Shown here: positions 1 through 9,509 of the stretch, in pieces
How positions within the stretch are numbered: position 1 is the stretch's first letter
Layout: the number at the start of each line of letters is the position of its first letter
Assembly: GCA_945859975.1 (NCBI GenBank)
Contig: CAMAPH010000009.1
Coordinates: 14,598-78,597, forward strand
DNA: 64,000 nucleotides
DNA from: Chthonomonas calidirosea
GTDB lineage: Bacteria; Armatimonadota; Fimbriimonadia; Fimbriimonadales; Fimbriimonadaceae
Reading direction: 5' to 3'
Translations under genes and position numbers: made by a program
Notes under the pieces: generated by a model
The model's input: only the letters and a program-made list of their open reading frames with translations
What the model was told of the DNA's origin: nothing
Database searches by the model: none

Positions 1-1923
1 CCGGGCCGAGTTACCCTCCGCCGTTTGAACCGCGCGGAATACAACAACACGATCCGAGATCTGATTGGAGTCGACTACCGGCCCGCCGATGACTTCCCTT
101 CCGACGACGTCGGTTACGGTTTTGACAACATCGGCGATGTATTGAGCCTATCGCCTCTGCTCATGGAGAAGTATCTCGATGCCGCCGAGCAAATCGCGAA
201 CCGGGCCATCTCCACCGAAAAGCGAGCACCGATTCTGGTGCCGGGCTCCAACATGACCGGCAAAGGTGCCGTAACGATTGATGACGACAGTGCGGACCTT
301 GCGTCCTTTGGTACTGCCATCGCTACTTTCAATATCGCCCGACCCGGGCGGTACTCGATTTCAATATCTGGATACCAATACAAAGCTGGACCTGATAACG
401 CGAAAGTCGCGGTCGATGTTGACGGAACCGCGGTCTCAGAATTCACGATTGCCGAAACCCGCGAAAAAGCTGGCACGTTCTCGTTACCGTTCAAGTTCGC
501 AAAAGGTAAGCACACCGTCGGCATCACCTTCCTGAACGACTTCTTCGATGCTAAGCTTCCGGCGAATCAGCGCGACCGAAACGTCACCATCAAGTCAGTA
601 ACCCTCTCACTCCTAGACGCCGCGCCGTTCCCAGAGAGCCACTTGCGCTTGATTCCGGAGCCTCCGGAACCCGGCAAGGTACGAGCCGCCGCAGAAAAGA
701 CTTTGCGCGATCTATCCACCCGGGCTTATCGCCGACCGGCAACTCAAGAAGAGGTCAATGCTCTACTCAAACTCTATGACCTGACCGCCCAAGCGAAGGA
801 GCCATATGAGAAGCGCATCCAGATTTGTCTTCAAGCGGTGCTCGTGTCCCCTCACTTCCTGTTCAAAGTGGAAACGGACAAACCGGGAGCCAAAGGCGAC
901 CGAACCCTCACCGATTTTGAGCTTGCGACTCGACTCTCCTACTTCCTTTGGAGCAGTACGCCGGACTCGCGGCTGCTACAGCTTGCGGGCGAAAAGAAGC
1001 TTGGCAACCCCGCAACCCTGAAAGCAGAAGTACTGCGCATGCTGCAAGACCCGAAGGCGCAGGGACTTGCCGATAACTTTGCCGAACAATGGCTCCAACT
1101 TCGAAGACTCGAGAATTTCCAGCCGAATCCAGAACAGTTCCCTGGCGTCGACACCGAAATGAAGCACCTGATGGCGAGCGAAACGAAATCGTTCTTCATG
1201 CACGTGCTCAATCAGAACCTGCCGGTTACAGACTTTCTCGACGGCAAGTACACGTATCTCAACGCTCGACTCGCAAAGCACTACGGGATTCCCAATATCA
1301 CTGGCGACGACCTTCGATTGGTAAATCTAGCTGGAACCCAGCGGGGCGGAGTGCTTTCCCAAGCCAGCATCCTGAGCATCACCAGCAACCCAACCCGAAC
1401 TTCCCCGGTTAAGCGTGGAAAATGGGTGCTTGAGAACATCCTGGGTACCCCGCCGCCACCACCACCGCCTGACGTGGGCGACCTCGGAGACGATGGACAG
1501 ATACTCACGTCGGCCAATCTTCGCGAACGCCTAGAGCAACACCGGAAGAAGCCCGATTGCTTCAGCTGCCACAGCCGAATGGATCCTATCGGCTTTGGGA
1601 TGGAAAATTATGACGCCGTTGGTCGCTGGAGAACCGAAGATCAGAACAACAAGATCGATAGCTCTGGCGTTCTTCCCGATGGTCGGAAGTTCACGGGGCC
1701 AGACCAACTCAAAAAGATACTGCTCCAGAACAAGGACCAGTTCACCCGCACTTTGGCGGATCGACTGTTAACTTATGCAACGGGCCGAGGCATGGAGCCC
1801 AAGGACCAGTGTCACTTGGACGAGATCGTTCTGACCGCCAAAAACACGAATTTTCGCTTCGCATCAATGATCATCGCAATCACCCAAAGCGATCCGTTCC
1901 GAAAGAGGAGTGCAAACCCATGA
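1..1923 (+). CDS. DUF1587/DUF1595/DUF1592/DUF1588/DUF1585 multidomain protein with an inserted CBM-like beta-sandwich; 5' partial
   Basis: Frame is open from base 1 (PGRVTLRRLNRAEYNNTIRDL). Motifs GYGFDN, ELATRLSYFLWSSTPD, RTSPVKRGKWVLENILG, CFSCH and DPIGFGMENYDAVGRWR. A DUF1552 gene follows. Confidence 0.9.
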   Translation, partial: PGRVTLRRLNRAEYNNTIRDLIGVDYRPADDFPSDDVGYGFDNIGDVLSLSPLLMEKYLDAAEQIANRAISTEKRAPILVPGSNMTGKGAVTIDDDSADLASFGTAIATFNIARPGRYSISISGYQYKAGPDNAKVAVDVDGTAVSEFTIAETREKAGTFSLPFKFAKGKHTVGITFLNDFFDAKLPANQRDRNVTIKSVTLSLLDAAPFPESHLRLIPEPPEPGKVRAAAEKTLRDLSTRAYRRPATQEEVNALLKLYDLTAQAKEPYEKRIQICLQAVLVSPHFLFKVETDKPGAKGDRTLTDFELATRLSYFLWSSTPDSRLLQLAGEKKLGNPATLKAEVLRMLQDPKAQGLADNFAEQWLQLRRLENFQPNPEQFPGVDTEMKHLMASETKSFFMHVLNQNLPVTDFLDGKYTYLNARLAKHYGIPNITGDDLRLVNLAGTQRGGVLSQASILSITSNPTRTSPVKRGKWVLENILGTPPPPPPPDVGDLGDDGQILTSANLRERLEQHRKKPDCFSCHSRMDPIGFGMENYDAVGRWRTEDQNNKIDSSGVLPDGRKFTGPDQLKKILLQNKDQFTRTLADRLLTYATGRGMEPKDQCHLDEIVLTAKNTNFRFASMIIAITQSDPFRKRSANP

Positions 1924-3266
1924 ACCACATCGATAGAAAAACATTCTTGCGCGGCGTAGGCACCGCCATGGCCCTCCCGGTACTCGAAAAGATGTTCCCG
2001 ATGACGGCCCTGGCATCAAGCCTGCCTGCCCAGGCAAAGCCCGTCCGCATGGCGTTTCTGTTTGTTCCAAACGGTGTAGAGATCAACCACTGGACGCCAA
2101 AAGCTGCCGGCGCACTCTCTGGCGAACTGCCGAATATTCTGCAGCCGCTCTCAGAACTCCGAAACGACTTCAATATCCTAACCGGGCTTACTCAGCACCA
2201 CGCACGCGCTAACGGTGATGGCCCAGGCGACCATGCTCGCTCAACCGCTTGCTGGCTCACCGGCGTGCAGGCAAAGAAAACGGCCGGATCGGACATTCGC
2301 AACGGCGTATCTGCAGACCAAGTTGCGGCCCGCGAGATCGGCCGAAACACGAAGTTCGCAAGTCTAGAAATCGGCTGCGAGCGCGGCGGCGTGAGCGGTG
2401 ACTGTGATAGCGGTTACTCCTGCGCCTACTCCAGCAACGTTTCGTGGCGCTCGGAGAACACACCCGTAGCCAAAGAAGTGAATCCACGGCTCGTGTTTGA
2501 GCGGCTGTTTGGCAACGGTCAGGCCGGAGAAGAAAAGGAAGCCCAGACACGACGTGATCTCTTCCGCCAAAGCATCCTAGACCTCGTTTCTGAAGACGCA
2601 TCTCGACTAAAAGCACAGCTCGGCACCCGAGATTTGCGAAAGCTTGACGAATACTTCGAGGGCGTTCGAGAAATCGAGAAGCGCTTGCAGAAATTCGAGA
2701 ACAGCCAGGCTGCCCTCATCGCTGCGGGAGTTGGAAAACCCAACGGAATCCCCGCGGATTACGGCGAGCACATTCGGCTCATGGGTGACATGATGGTCCT
2801 GGCCTTCCAGGCGGACCTAACCCGCGTTTGCACCTTCATGTTTGCAAACGACGGTAGCAATCGTAGCTATCACCAGATAGGCGTTTCGGAAGGGCACCAC
2901 GACGTGAGCCACCACGGCCGCGATCCTAAGAAGCTCGAAAAGAAGCGCCAGATCGACCGGTTCCATACCGAGCAACTTGCCTACATTCTTCGAAAGATGA
3001 AGGAGACGAAGGACGGAGATGCCAGCCTGCTGGATAACACCATGCTCGTCTACGGAGGCGGCATCAGCGATGGCGATCGCCATAACCATGACAACCTCCC
3101 TATCCTCATGGCCGGTAAAGCGGGCGGACGGCTCAAGACTGGTCAGCACATCGTTTATCCAAACGAGACGCCGATGACCAACCTGTTCCTTTCCATGCTT
3201 GATAAGGTCGGTGTCCGTATGGACAAGCTGGGAGATAGCACCGGCAAACTTCAGGGACTCTTCTGA
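1920..3266 (+). CDS. DUF1552 domain protein with Tat-like N-terminus
   Basis: ATGA overlap with the upstream stop. DRKTFLRGVG leader, CDSGYSCAY, NPRLVFERLFG and HHDVSHH motifs. Confidence 0.9.
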   Translation: MNHIDRKTFLRGVGTAMALPVLEKMFPMTALASSLPAQAKPVRMAFLFVPNGVEINHWTPKAAGALSGELPNILQPLSELRNDFNILTGLTQHHARANGDGPGDHARSTACWLTGVQAKKTAGSDIRNGVSADQVAAREIGRNTKFASLEIGCERGGVSGDCDSGYSCAYSSNVSWRSENTPVAKEVNPRLVFERLFGNGQAGEEKEAQTRRDLFRQSILDLVSEDASRLKAQLGTRDLRKLDEYFEGVREIEKRLQKFENSQAALIAAGVGKPNGIPADYGEHIRLMGDMMVLAFQADLTRVCTFMFANDGSNRSYHQIGVSEGHHDVSHHGRDPKKLEKKRQIDRFHTEQLAYILRKMKETKDGDASLLDNTMLVYGGGISDGDRHNHDNLPILMAGKAGGRLKTGQHIVYPNETPMTNLFLSMLDKVGVRMDKLGDSTGKLQGLF

Positions 3267-3283
3267 GCTTCCGCAGTTAAACA

Positions 3284-3319
3284 AAAAGCGGCTGGTCGAT
3301 TGATCGACCAGCCGCTTTT
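3284..3319. terminator. Bidirectional intrinsic terminator
   Basis: AAAAGCGGCTGGTCGAT-TG-ATCGACCAGCCGCTTTT inverted repeat between convergent genes. Confidence 0.85.
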
Positions 3320-3337
3320 CTGTTGACAAAAGTAGTC

Positions 3338-3751
3338 TTACTTTTCGCCGCGCTTCTTTCGGACTCGGGTCTTGACGAGTCGTGGAACTCCGTCTGCGCC
3401 GTAGCCGATCTTGAATCCAGCTGGCAAGCCAGCAAGTGCCTTCGCAAGATCGTCAGAGAGAGCAGCTCCGCCGCCGGCTCGTCGTCCTCGTGCCTTCGGC
3501 TTAACCGAGTTCAGTCGATCGAATGCTTCGCTCGCATCGTCTTCTTTGCCCATGGCTACCAGTTGCTTCTTGTCTACCTGATAGAGTTCACTCGAAGCTG
3601 GGAAGGAGAGGAAGAGGTATCCCTCACCGGCAATCATTCGGGCCTTAATAGGTACGGTGTACTTCTTGACTCCGATCTTGATGGACAACACGCCGTCTTT
3701 CTCTGCTGCCTTAAACTTAAGGCTGTTCTTTACGTTCTGAACGGTTTTCAT
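3338..3751 (-). CDS. Small basic hypothetical protein (137 aa)
   Basis: ATG start, protein-like Lys/Arg-rich composition, ends at the terminator. Confidence 0.75.
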   Translation of the reverse strand: MKTVQNVKNSLKFKAAEKDGVLSIKIGVKKYTVPIKARMIAGEGYLFLSFPASSELYQVDKKQLVAMGKEDDASEAFDRLNSVKPKARGRRAGGGAALSDDLAKALAGLPAGFKIGYGADGVPRLVKTRVRKKRGEK

Positions 3752-3793
3752 TTTGCTCTTTAATTATGGCAACGAGTCGTCGCCATTACAACG

Positions 3794-4612
3794 TCAAGAA
3801 AGGAATACCACATTATCGATCAATCGTGTTGTCCCGAGCTTCGCCGCACAAATGAGTGCCGAGTCTTCTTGATGGGCAGCAATGGGTGCCATCGTCGGTA
3901 AATCTACATACTCAAAGTAGTCCACTCCAAAGCCATTTGCCGATAGCGCGGATACTGCGGATGAAAGCGTTTCTGCTACAGAACTGCCTTGAACGATACT
4001 CATTTTTGACTCAGATAGTTTCTGATAAAGTAGCGGTGCCAGATTCCGTTCCGAGGGTGAGAGGTATCGATTTCGGCTTGACATCGCTAAACCGTCAACT
4101 TCCCTCACCGTATCGCAGACCACTACGCCAATCGGTAAATTCAATCCAGTTACCATCGTTTGCACTACTTGGCATTGCTGTAGATCCTTCTGACCAAAAT
4201 ACGCGCGCGTTGGCAACACCATGCCAAACAGTTTGGCGACAACCGTAGAGACTCCATCAAAGTGGCCCGGGCGCTTGGCACCTTCCCACCTTTCAGTGAC
4301 CCCAAAAACTTGTACCTTTACGAGGTGATTCGGATACATCTCTTCTACTGAGGGAAGAAATACGATGTCGACACCGCAACTTTCTGCAATGGCCAAGTCC
4401 GACTCCAAGGTTCTGGGATACCGAGAATAATCCTCGTTCGGTCCGAATTGAGTTGGATTGACAAAGATAGACAGTACAGAGATATCGTTCTCTGCCCGGC
4501 TTCGGCGAAGCAGCGCCGCATGGCCCTCATGCAAGGCTCCCATTGTAGGAACAAAACCAACCGAGTTTTGCCCTCGAGTTCCAATCTCAGAAATCCGTTC
4601 AACAACTCTCAA
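3794..4612 (-). CDS. panC: Pantoate--beta-alanine ligase
   Basis: GFVPTMGALHEGH, FVNPTQF, RPGHF, FGQKD, GLAMSSRN and TRLIDN motifs. Confidence 0.97.
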   Translation of the reverse strand: MRVVERISEIGTRGQNSVGFVPTMGALHEGHAALLRRSRAENDISVLSIFVNPTQFGPNEDYSRYPRTLESDLAIAESCGVDIVFLPSVEEMYPNHLVKVQVFGVTERWEGAKRPGHFDGVSTVVAKLFGMVLPTRAYFGQKDLQQCQVVQTMVTGLNLPIGVVVCDTVREVDGLAMSSRNRYLSPSERNLAPLLYQKLSESKMSIVQGSSVAETLSSAVSALSANGFGVDYFEYVDLPTMAPIAAHQEDSALICAAKLGTTRLIDNVVFLS

Positions 4613-5394
4613 AAGCTGTTCTCTTCCGTTGGAAACTTTCGCTCCCGGACTTCTTGGGTGTAAGTCTTAAAGGCGTCTAGGACCAAGCTCCGACCGTCGA
4701 TATACGGCTTAGCATGCTTGTGAATTTTATTTGTTAGTCCTAAGATGTCGTGCATTACTTGAATTTGACCGTCGCATTCGATCCCACCTCCGATGCCAAT
4801 CGTTGGTGAAGCCACAGACTGAGTAATTTGTGCCGACAGCGCGGCGGGAATCAATTCCAGAACGATCGCGCAAACCCCAGCCGCGTCAATGGACTGAGCT
4901 TCGGCGAGTACGGTGCTACCGGCGTCTCCCCTTCCCTGCACCTTAAACCCCCCAAAAGTGTTCACCGCTTGAGGCGTGAAACCAACATGGCCCCAAACGG
5001 GGATGCCTGCCTTTGTCATCGCGCGAATCGTATCGGGATAGTCGCCCTCTAGCTTCACCGCGTCTGCTCCGGCTTTCATGAGAAGGATTGCGTTCTCAAT
5101 GGCTTGCTCAGTCGAAACGTGATAAGAGCCAAACGGAAGATCCGCAACCAAGTGCGCCCGTTGGACTCCACGGCGTACCGCTCGGAGATGATGCAGAACA
5201 TCGGCAATCTCCACGGGAACCGTAGTCTCGTACCCAAGAACGACATTCCCTAAGGAATCGCCAACTAAGATAACATCGATGCCCGCTTCATCGGCGGCCT
5301 GCGCAAAAAAGACATCGTATGCAGTGACGCATACGATGCTCTGACCGCGTTCCTTCATCAGCCGAAGTTTGGGCGCGGTAATTCGATCCGCCAT
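4609..5394 (-). CDS. panB: 3-methyl-2-oxobutanoate hydroxymethyltransferase
   Basis: TAYD, LVGDSLG, ADLPFGSY, VKLEG and GHVGFTPQ motifs; overlaps panC. Confidence 0.97.
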   Translation of the reverse strand: MADRITAPKLRLMKERGQSIVCVTAYDVFFAQAADEAGIDVILVGDSLGNVVLGYETTVPVEIADVLHHLRAVRRGVQRAHLVADLPFGSYHVSTEQAIENAILLMKAGADAVKLEGDYPDTIRAMTKAGIPVWGHVGFTPQAVNTFGGFKVQGRGDAGSTVLAEAQSIDAAGVCAIVLELIPAALSAQITQSVASPTIGIGGGIECDGQIQVMHDILGLTNKIHKHAKPYIDGRSLVLDAFKTYTQEVRERKFPTEENSF

Positions 5395-5403
5395 ATCGGC
5401 AGT

Positions 5404-5868
5404 TTACTTAAGCGAGGCCAAAACCTCTTTTGCGTGGCCCTTGGGCTTTACCTTGTTGAACACTGCCGTAACGATTCCCTCTGCGTTGATCACGAAAGTC
5501 GTTCTCTCCACGCCCATGTACTTCTTCCCGTACATCGACTTTTCCACCCAAACGCCGCACGCATTGGCAAGAAGTTGCTCTGTATCTGCCAATAAAGTGA
5601 ATCCAAGAGAGTACTTATCGGCGAACTTTCGATGGCTCTTTGCGTTATCAGGACTGACGCCAACAACCCGGGCACCTGGGGATTCCGATCCCGAGAAGTC
5701 TGGGGCAAGTTCCTGAAACTCACAAGCCTCGGCCGTGCAACCGGTCGTGTCATCTTTCGGATAGAAGTAGATCACCGCCGGAGCACCTGCTAGATCTGCT
5801 TTGGTTACCGTCTCGGCATCTTGATTGAGCAATGAAAAGTCTGGAAACGCGTCGCCAACCTGCAACAT
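5404..5868 (-). CDS. bcp: Peroxiredoxin, BCP family
   Basis: YFYPKDDTTGCTAEACEF and EKSMYGKKYMG motifs. Confidence 0.95.
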   Translation of the reverse strand: MLQVGDAFPDFSLLNQDAETVTKADLAGAPAVIYFYPKDDTTGCTAEACEFQELAPDFSGSESPGARVVGVSPDNAKSHRKFADKYSLGFTLLADTEQLLANACGVWVEKSMYGKKYMGVERTTFVINAEGIVTAVFNKVKPKGHAKEVLASLK

Positions 5869-5901
5869 ACGCCTAACTCTATCCGTAATTGGCGGGAATC
5901 G

Positions 5902-6297
5902 TTAGCCGCCGTCGGCGTCGGTCAAAAGTGCTTGCATCAAATCGACGCGTAAGACAATTCCGGTCATCTGATTTCCATCCATCACCGGTGCGACGGTGAG
6001 ATGGCTGTTTAACATGATGTAGAACGCCTCTCCAATTTCGTGATCCGCGGGCAAGGTTGTTGGCGTCGAGGTGCCGTAGTGAATAGCCGGAGAATTCGCA
6101 ATGCTCACCAAACTATCCGCCATCGTTACCGCCCGACACAGGTCCCCTTCTGTTACCACGGCGAGCGGCTCGAGGTCGTCGTTCAGCACCACCAACGCGG
6201 GAAACTGATAGATGTCCATCTTGTCCACCGCATCCCGCACCGTGCTTTTCGGCGTGAGGGTGGGTATGTGGGTATGCATCACTTCCCGCAACTTCAT
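5902..6297 (-). CDS. CBS domain protein
   Basis: Paired CBS-type motifs (VVTEGDL, GIVLRVDL). Start set at MKLREVM. Confidence 0.85.
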   Translation of the reverse strand: MKLREVMHTHIPTLTPKSTVRDAVDKMDIYQFPALVVLNDDLEPLAVVTEGDLCRAVTMADSLVSIANSPAIHYGTSTPTTLPADHEIGEAFYIMLNSHLTVAPVMDGNQMTGIVLRVDLMQALLTDADGG

Positions 6298-6343
6298 GAG
6301 GCAAGGGTGGCACACCTAGCCCATCGTGTGCCAGAGTTCGAGA

Positions 6344-7078
6344 GTGCGAATAGATGTCGGCATCATTGGTGGAACCGGAATCGGGGATCGGTTGCTGGAG
6401 CTTGGCGGGACGCCATTCCAACTCGTAACGCCTAGCGGCATCTTCCGCGCGGTCCACACGGAATACCAAGGCATCTCGATTGCCCTCCTTAGCCGACATT
6501 CTGCGGGTCACAAGCTCGCCCCGCACCGCGTGCCATACGAGACGATGGCGCGGGGACTTGACGAACTCAAGTGTCGGTTTTGCCTTGCGACGGCCGCGGT
6601 AGGCAGCCTAGACGAAACGAAGGGGCCCGGTACGTTACTTGCGTGTCGTGATCTCTTGGACGTTAGCGATCGTCAACAGACTCTTCACCACCGGCAGGTG
6701 GTTCATCGCGACTTTACGAATCCGTTTTCAGAACTCGTTTCCCGCGCATTTATCGCCGCTGGTGAGGCGCAACGTTTAACGGTTCACGACAACGCGGTCT
6801 ACGTTTGCGTTAATGGTCCTCGCTACGAAACCCCGCACGAGATCAAGACCTATCGAGCGCTCGGTGGCACAGTCGTTGGAATGACCGCCGCAAGCGAGGC
6901 AATCCTCATGCGGGAAGCCGAAATTGAGTACGGCTGCCTCGCGATCGTCACCAACTACGCAAGTGGGATCTCGCCAACTCCGCTTGATCACCAAGAGGTC
7001 GTCGACGAAATGAACCGAACCGGTGCGAATGCCGTGCAGATTCTGCTGGATTCCGCGCGGTTGCTTATGGGAGGCTGA
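6344..7078 (+). CDS. mtnP: MTAP-family purine/methylthioadenosine nucleoside phosphorylase
   Basis: IIGGTG, SRH, GPRYETPHE, VVGMT and VTNYASG motifs. Confidence 0.88.
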   Translation: MRIDVGIIGGTGIGDRLLELGGTPFQLVTPSGIFRAVHTEYQGISIALLSRHSAGHKLAPHRVPYETMARGLDELKCRFCLATAAVGSLDETKGPGTLLACRDLLDVSDRQQTLHHRQVVHRDFTNPFSELVSRAFIAAGEAQRLTVHDNAVYVCVNGPRYETPHEIKTYRALGGTVVGMTAASEAILMREAEIEYGCLAIVTNYASGISPTPLDHQEVVDEMNRTGANAVQILLDSARLLMGG

Positions 7079-7938
7079 TGTCACCGCGAACCTTTGCCCT
7101 CCTGCTCAGCCTCACGCCCGGAATCGGAGGAAAGAGCGTTTCTCGAATCGTCACGAGAAACTCGCTCATGGCGCGATCGCCGCAGGACTTCCTTCGGCTG
7201 AGTGTAGAAACCTGGCGGGAAGAGTATCGGCTTACGGTGAAGGCTTCGGACAACCTGAAAGTCCAAGCCCTTAAGGGCCCAGCAGAAATCGAAGAGCTAG
7301 AGCGCAAGCTGCTTGGCCTCGGCGTGAATCTCATCACAATGCAGGACGCCGAATACCCGGAGCGGATTGAGCAATTCGACCCCGATCCGCCGGGGGTTCT
7401 GTTCCTCTATGGGAATCAGAAGCTCCTCCAATCCAAGTCCTTTGCTGTTCTCAGTTCCCGCTCCGCCACGCCAACTCAGCTTGATCAAATTGAAGCGCTC
7501 ACTCAAGAGGGCGTTCTGAACGGCGAAGTCTTGGTCTCGGGTCACGATCGTCCGGAGTATCAGCGGAGTGCCATCGTTCCGTTGCGATGGGGTGCTCCTC
7601 GCATTCTCTGTCTAGACCGGGGACTCTTCCGGGTTCTCGGAGACGATCTCAAAAATGAACCGTTTCGCGCCGCCCGCCTGTGGCGGTACGAGTTCGATCC
7701 GCTCACCGATTTGGTGGTGACGCCGTTCCGCCCGGAAGCCGATTTTGTGGGCGTCAACAACAAAGTCCGCGACCGGCTGATCGCTAGCCTGGCCCACCGG
7801 ACGGACTTTGTTCATCTCGGAATCGGCGGCGGAATGGACCAAATCGCCCGGCTGGCGGCGAAGGCGGGGCGCACTTTTCGCGTGCCAGAGGAGCACGCCG
7901 GCAGGTTCCCGGCGGCCACCGCACTCCCGGTTGGTTAA
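7078..7938 (+). CDS. dprA: DprA/Smf-like DNA-processing protein (divergent)
   Basis: PGIG, YPERI...DPPGVLFLYGN, AVLSSR and RDRLIASL resemble DprA. Confidence 0.7.
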   Translation: MSPRTFALLLSLTPGIGGKSVSRIVTRNSLMARSPQDFLRLSVETWREEYRLTVKASDNLKVQALKGPAEIEELERKLLGLGVNLITMQDAEYPERIEQFDPDPPGVLFLYGNQKLLQSKSFAVLSSRSATPTQLDQIEALTQEGVLNGEVLVSGHDRPEYQRSAIVPLRWGAPRILCLDRGLFRVLGDDLKNEPFRAARLWRYEFDPLTDLVVTPFRPEADFVGVNNKVRDRLIASLAHRTDFVHLGIGGGMDQIARLAAKAGRTFRVPEEHAGRFPAATALPVG

Positions 7939-7964
7939 GAATCCGTCATAATGAACTTTGGCGC

Positions 7965-8052
7965 GGAGTGGTGTCCGAGTGGTCGAAGGAGCGCGACTGG
8001 AAATCGCGTATACGGCAACGTATCGAGAGTTCGAATCTCTCCCGCTCCGCCA
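7965..8052 (+). tRNA. tRNA-Ser(GGA)
   Basis: Acceptor stem GGAGTGG/CCGCTCC, anticodon arm CGCGA-CTGGAAA-TCGCG, long variable arm, TTCGAAT T-loop and encoded CCA. Confidence 0.97.
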
Positions 8053-8097
8053 GCTTTCCCTTCGACCCAACGAGCCTAGGCTTCGTAGTACGTTCTG

Positions 8098-8502
8098 ATG
8101 ATCTCTGCGACCCCCGAAGAGCAAGCCCGACGCCAAGAAGTGATGAAATTGGTGCTCGAAAGCATCAACATCAACCGAGTCATCAAACTTCCTGATCTCG
8201 ACTTAGCCCTCGCGCGACCATCCGACCAGTTCGCACTCGTGAACATCGGTGCCGAGCCAAACCAATACTCAGGCCAGGTTGGCGATTTTCGCTATCAGTT
8301 CGAAGGCGAAGAGGACCTGTTGCACCTCATGGTCACCAAGTCTCAGGGAGAACTCATCTCGGTCCAAGAAGGTCAGAGTGTCGCGGCGTTTCTGTTGGAC
8401 GGTGTGCCGCCAGCCCTCGTTTGGCTGAAACCCGGCAACCTAAGCCAGCACTTCTATGTCGGGCACGACGACCTGGTCGGTAATCTCATCCTCGCCGAAT
8501 GA
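8098..8502 (+). CDS. Hypothetical protein
   Basis: 134-aa ORF with ATGA overlap into mutY. Confidence 0.75.
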   Translation: MISATPEEQARRQEVMKLVLESININRVIKLPDLDLALARPSDQFALVNIGAEPNQYSGQVGDFRYQFEGEEDLLHLMVTKSQGELISVQEGQSVAAFLLDGVPPALVWLKPGNLSQHFYVGHDDLVGNLILAE

Positions 8503-9509
8503 GACCGCCGAACCCGCAACGCGACGAGTTGCACCAACTGTTACTCCGCTGGTACGACCGCCATGCGCGCGATCTACCCTGGCGAAAAGATCCTGAGCCG
8601 TACCAAACCTGGGTCAGCGAGATCATGCTGCAACAAACCCAAGTCGCCACGGTGATTCCGTACTTTGAACGCTGGATGGCGCGGTTCCCAACTATCGCCG
8701 ACCTTGCAAATGCAAGCGAAGATGATGTCCTCCAGTTCTGGCAAGGACTGGGTTACTATCGCCGCGGTCGAAATCTGCTGGCGGGAGCCCAATATGTGGT
8801 TGCCAACGGAATCCCGTCCGACGCGGCAGGCTGGCAAGAAGTCCCAGGAATCGGACCCTACACCGCCGGCGCAATTGCGAGCATCGCCCAAAACCAACCC
8901 GCCGCCCTCGTCGATGGCAATGTCGAGCGCGTTTACTCTCGTCTCACGGCCGATGCAACGGACCCGCCCAAGCTCACCCAAAACGCCTGGAAGTGGGCCA
9001 ACCTGAATCTAGATCACCATCGCCCCGGCGACTGGAATCAGGCCTTGATGGAGCTTGGCGCTACCGTATGCATGCCAAAGAACCCGCAGTGCCCAACCTG
9101 CCCGCTCAAGAATCGCTGCGCCGCGTTCGCCATCGGAAAGCCCGGCAGCTTTCCAACTCCGGCAAAGAGAACCGCCACCGTTCAACTGCAGCAAACCCTT
9201 TGGATCGCGCGGTGCGGGGACAGAATTGCCACGGAGCGAGTGCCGCAAGGCGAATGGTGGGAGGGCATGGTCAGCTTCCCGCGCAGCCAGACGCACGACC
9301 TGACAGAAAATCCGTTTGACCCGGCATGGCCAAAGCTAGCCGGCACCTTCAAACACAGCGTGACCCACCACCGAATAACGCTTCAAGTCGCCTGTGTTAA
9401 CGTCGAAAACGCCGCCGACAACTACACTTGGCTCAACGCAGATGATCTAAACGCAGCCGCTATTCCCGCCCCGCACAGAAAGGGGCTGGAACTTGCGAAA
9501 CGGCTTTAA
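8499..9509 (+). CDS. mutY: A/G-specific adenine glycosylase
   Basis: VSEIMLQQTQV, WQGLGYY, PGIGPYTA and VDGNVERV motifs, plus the FeS motif C-x6-C-x2-C-x5-C. Confidence 0.95.
   Translation: MRPPNPQRDELHQLLLRWYDRHARDLPWRKDPEPYQTWVSEIMLQQTQVATVIPYFERWMARFPTIADLANASEDDVLQFWQGLGYYRRGRNLLAGAQYVVANGIPSDAAGWQEVPGIGPYTAGAIASIAQNQPAALVDGNVERVYSRLTADATDPPKLTQNAWKWANLNLDHHRPGDWNQALMELGATVCMPKNPQCPTCPLKNRCAAFAIGKPGSFPTPAKRTATVQLQQTLWIARCGDRIATERVPQGEWWEGMVSFPRSQTHDLTENPFDPAWPKLAGTFKHSVTHHRITLQVACVNVENAADNYTWLNADDLNAAAIPAPHRKGLELAKRL

Noticed and set aside
1809..1919. Upstream start extensions in the ORF track (also 24736..24882, 28141..28278, 52641..52784)
   Set aside because: Downstream starts fit overlap coupling, signal peptides and family N-termini better.
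7965..8100. tRNA-Ser or tRNA-Cys as an island integration site
   Set aside because: No integrase and no duplicated tRNA 3' end were seen, and the downstream genes are core (mutY, scpA).
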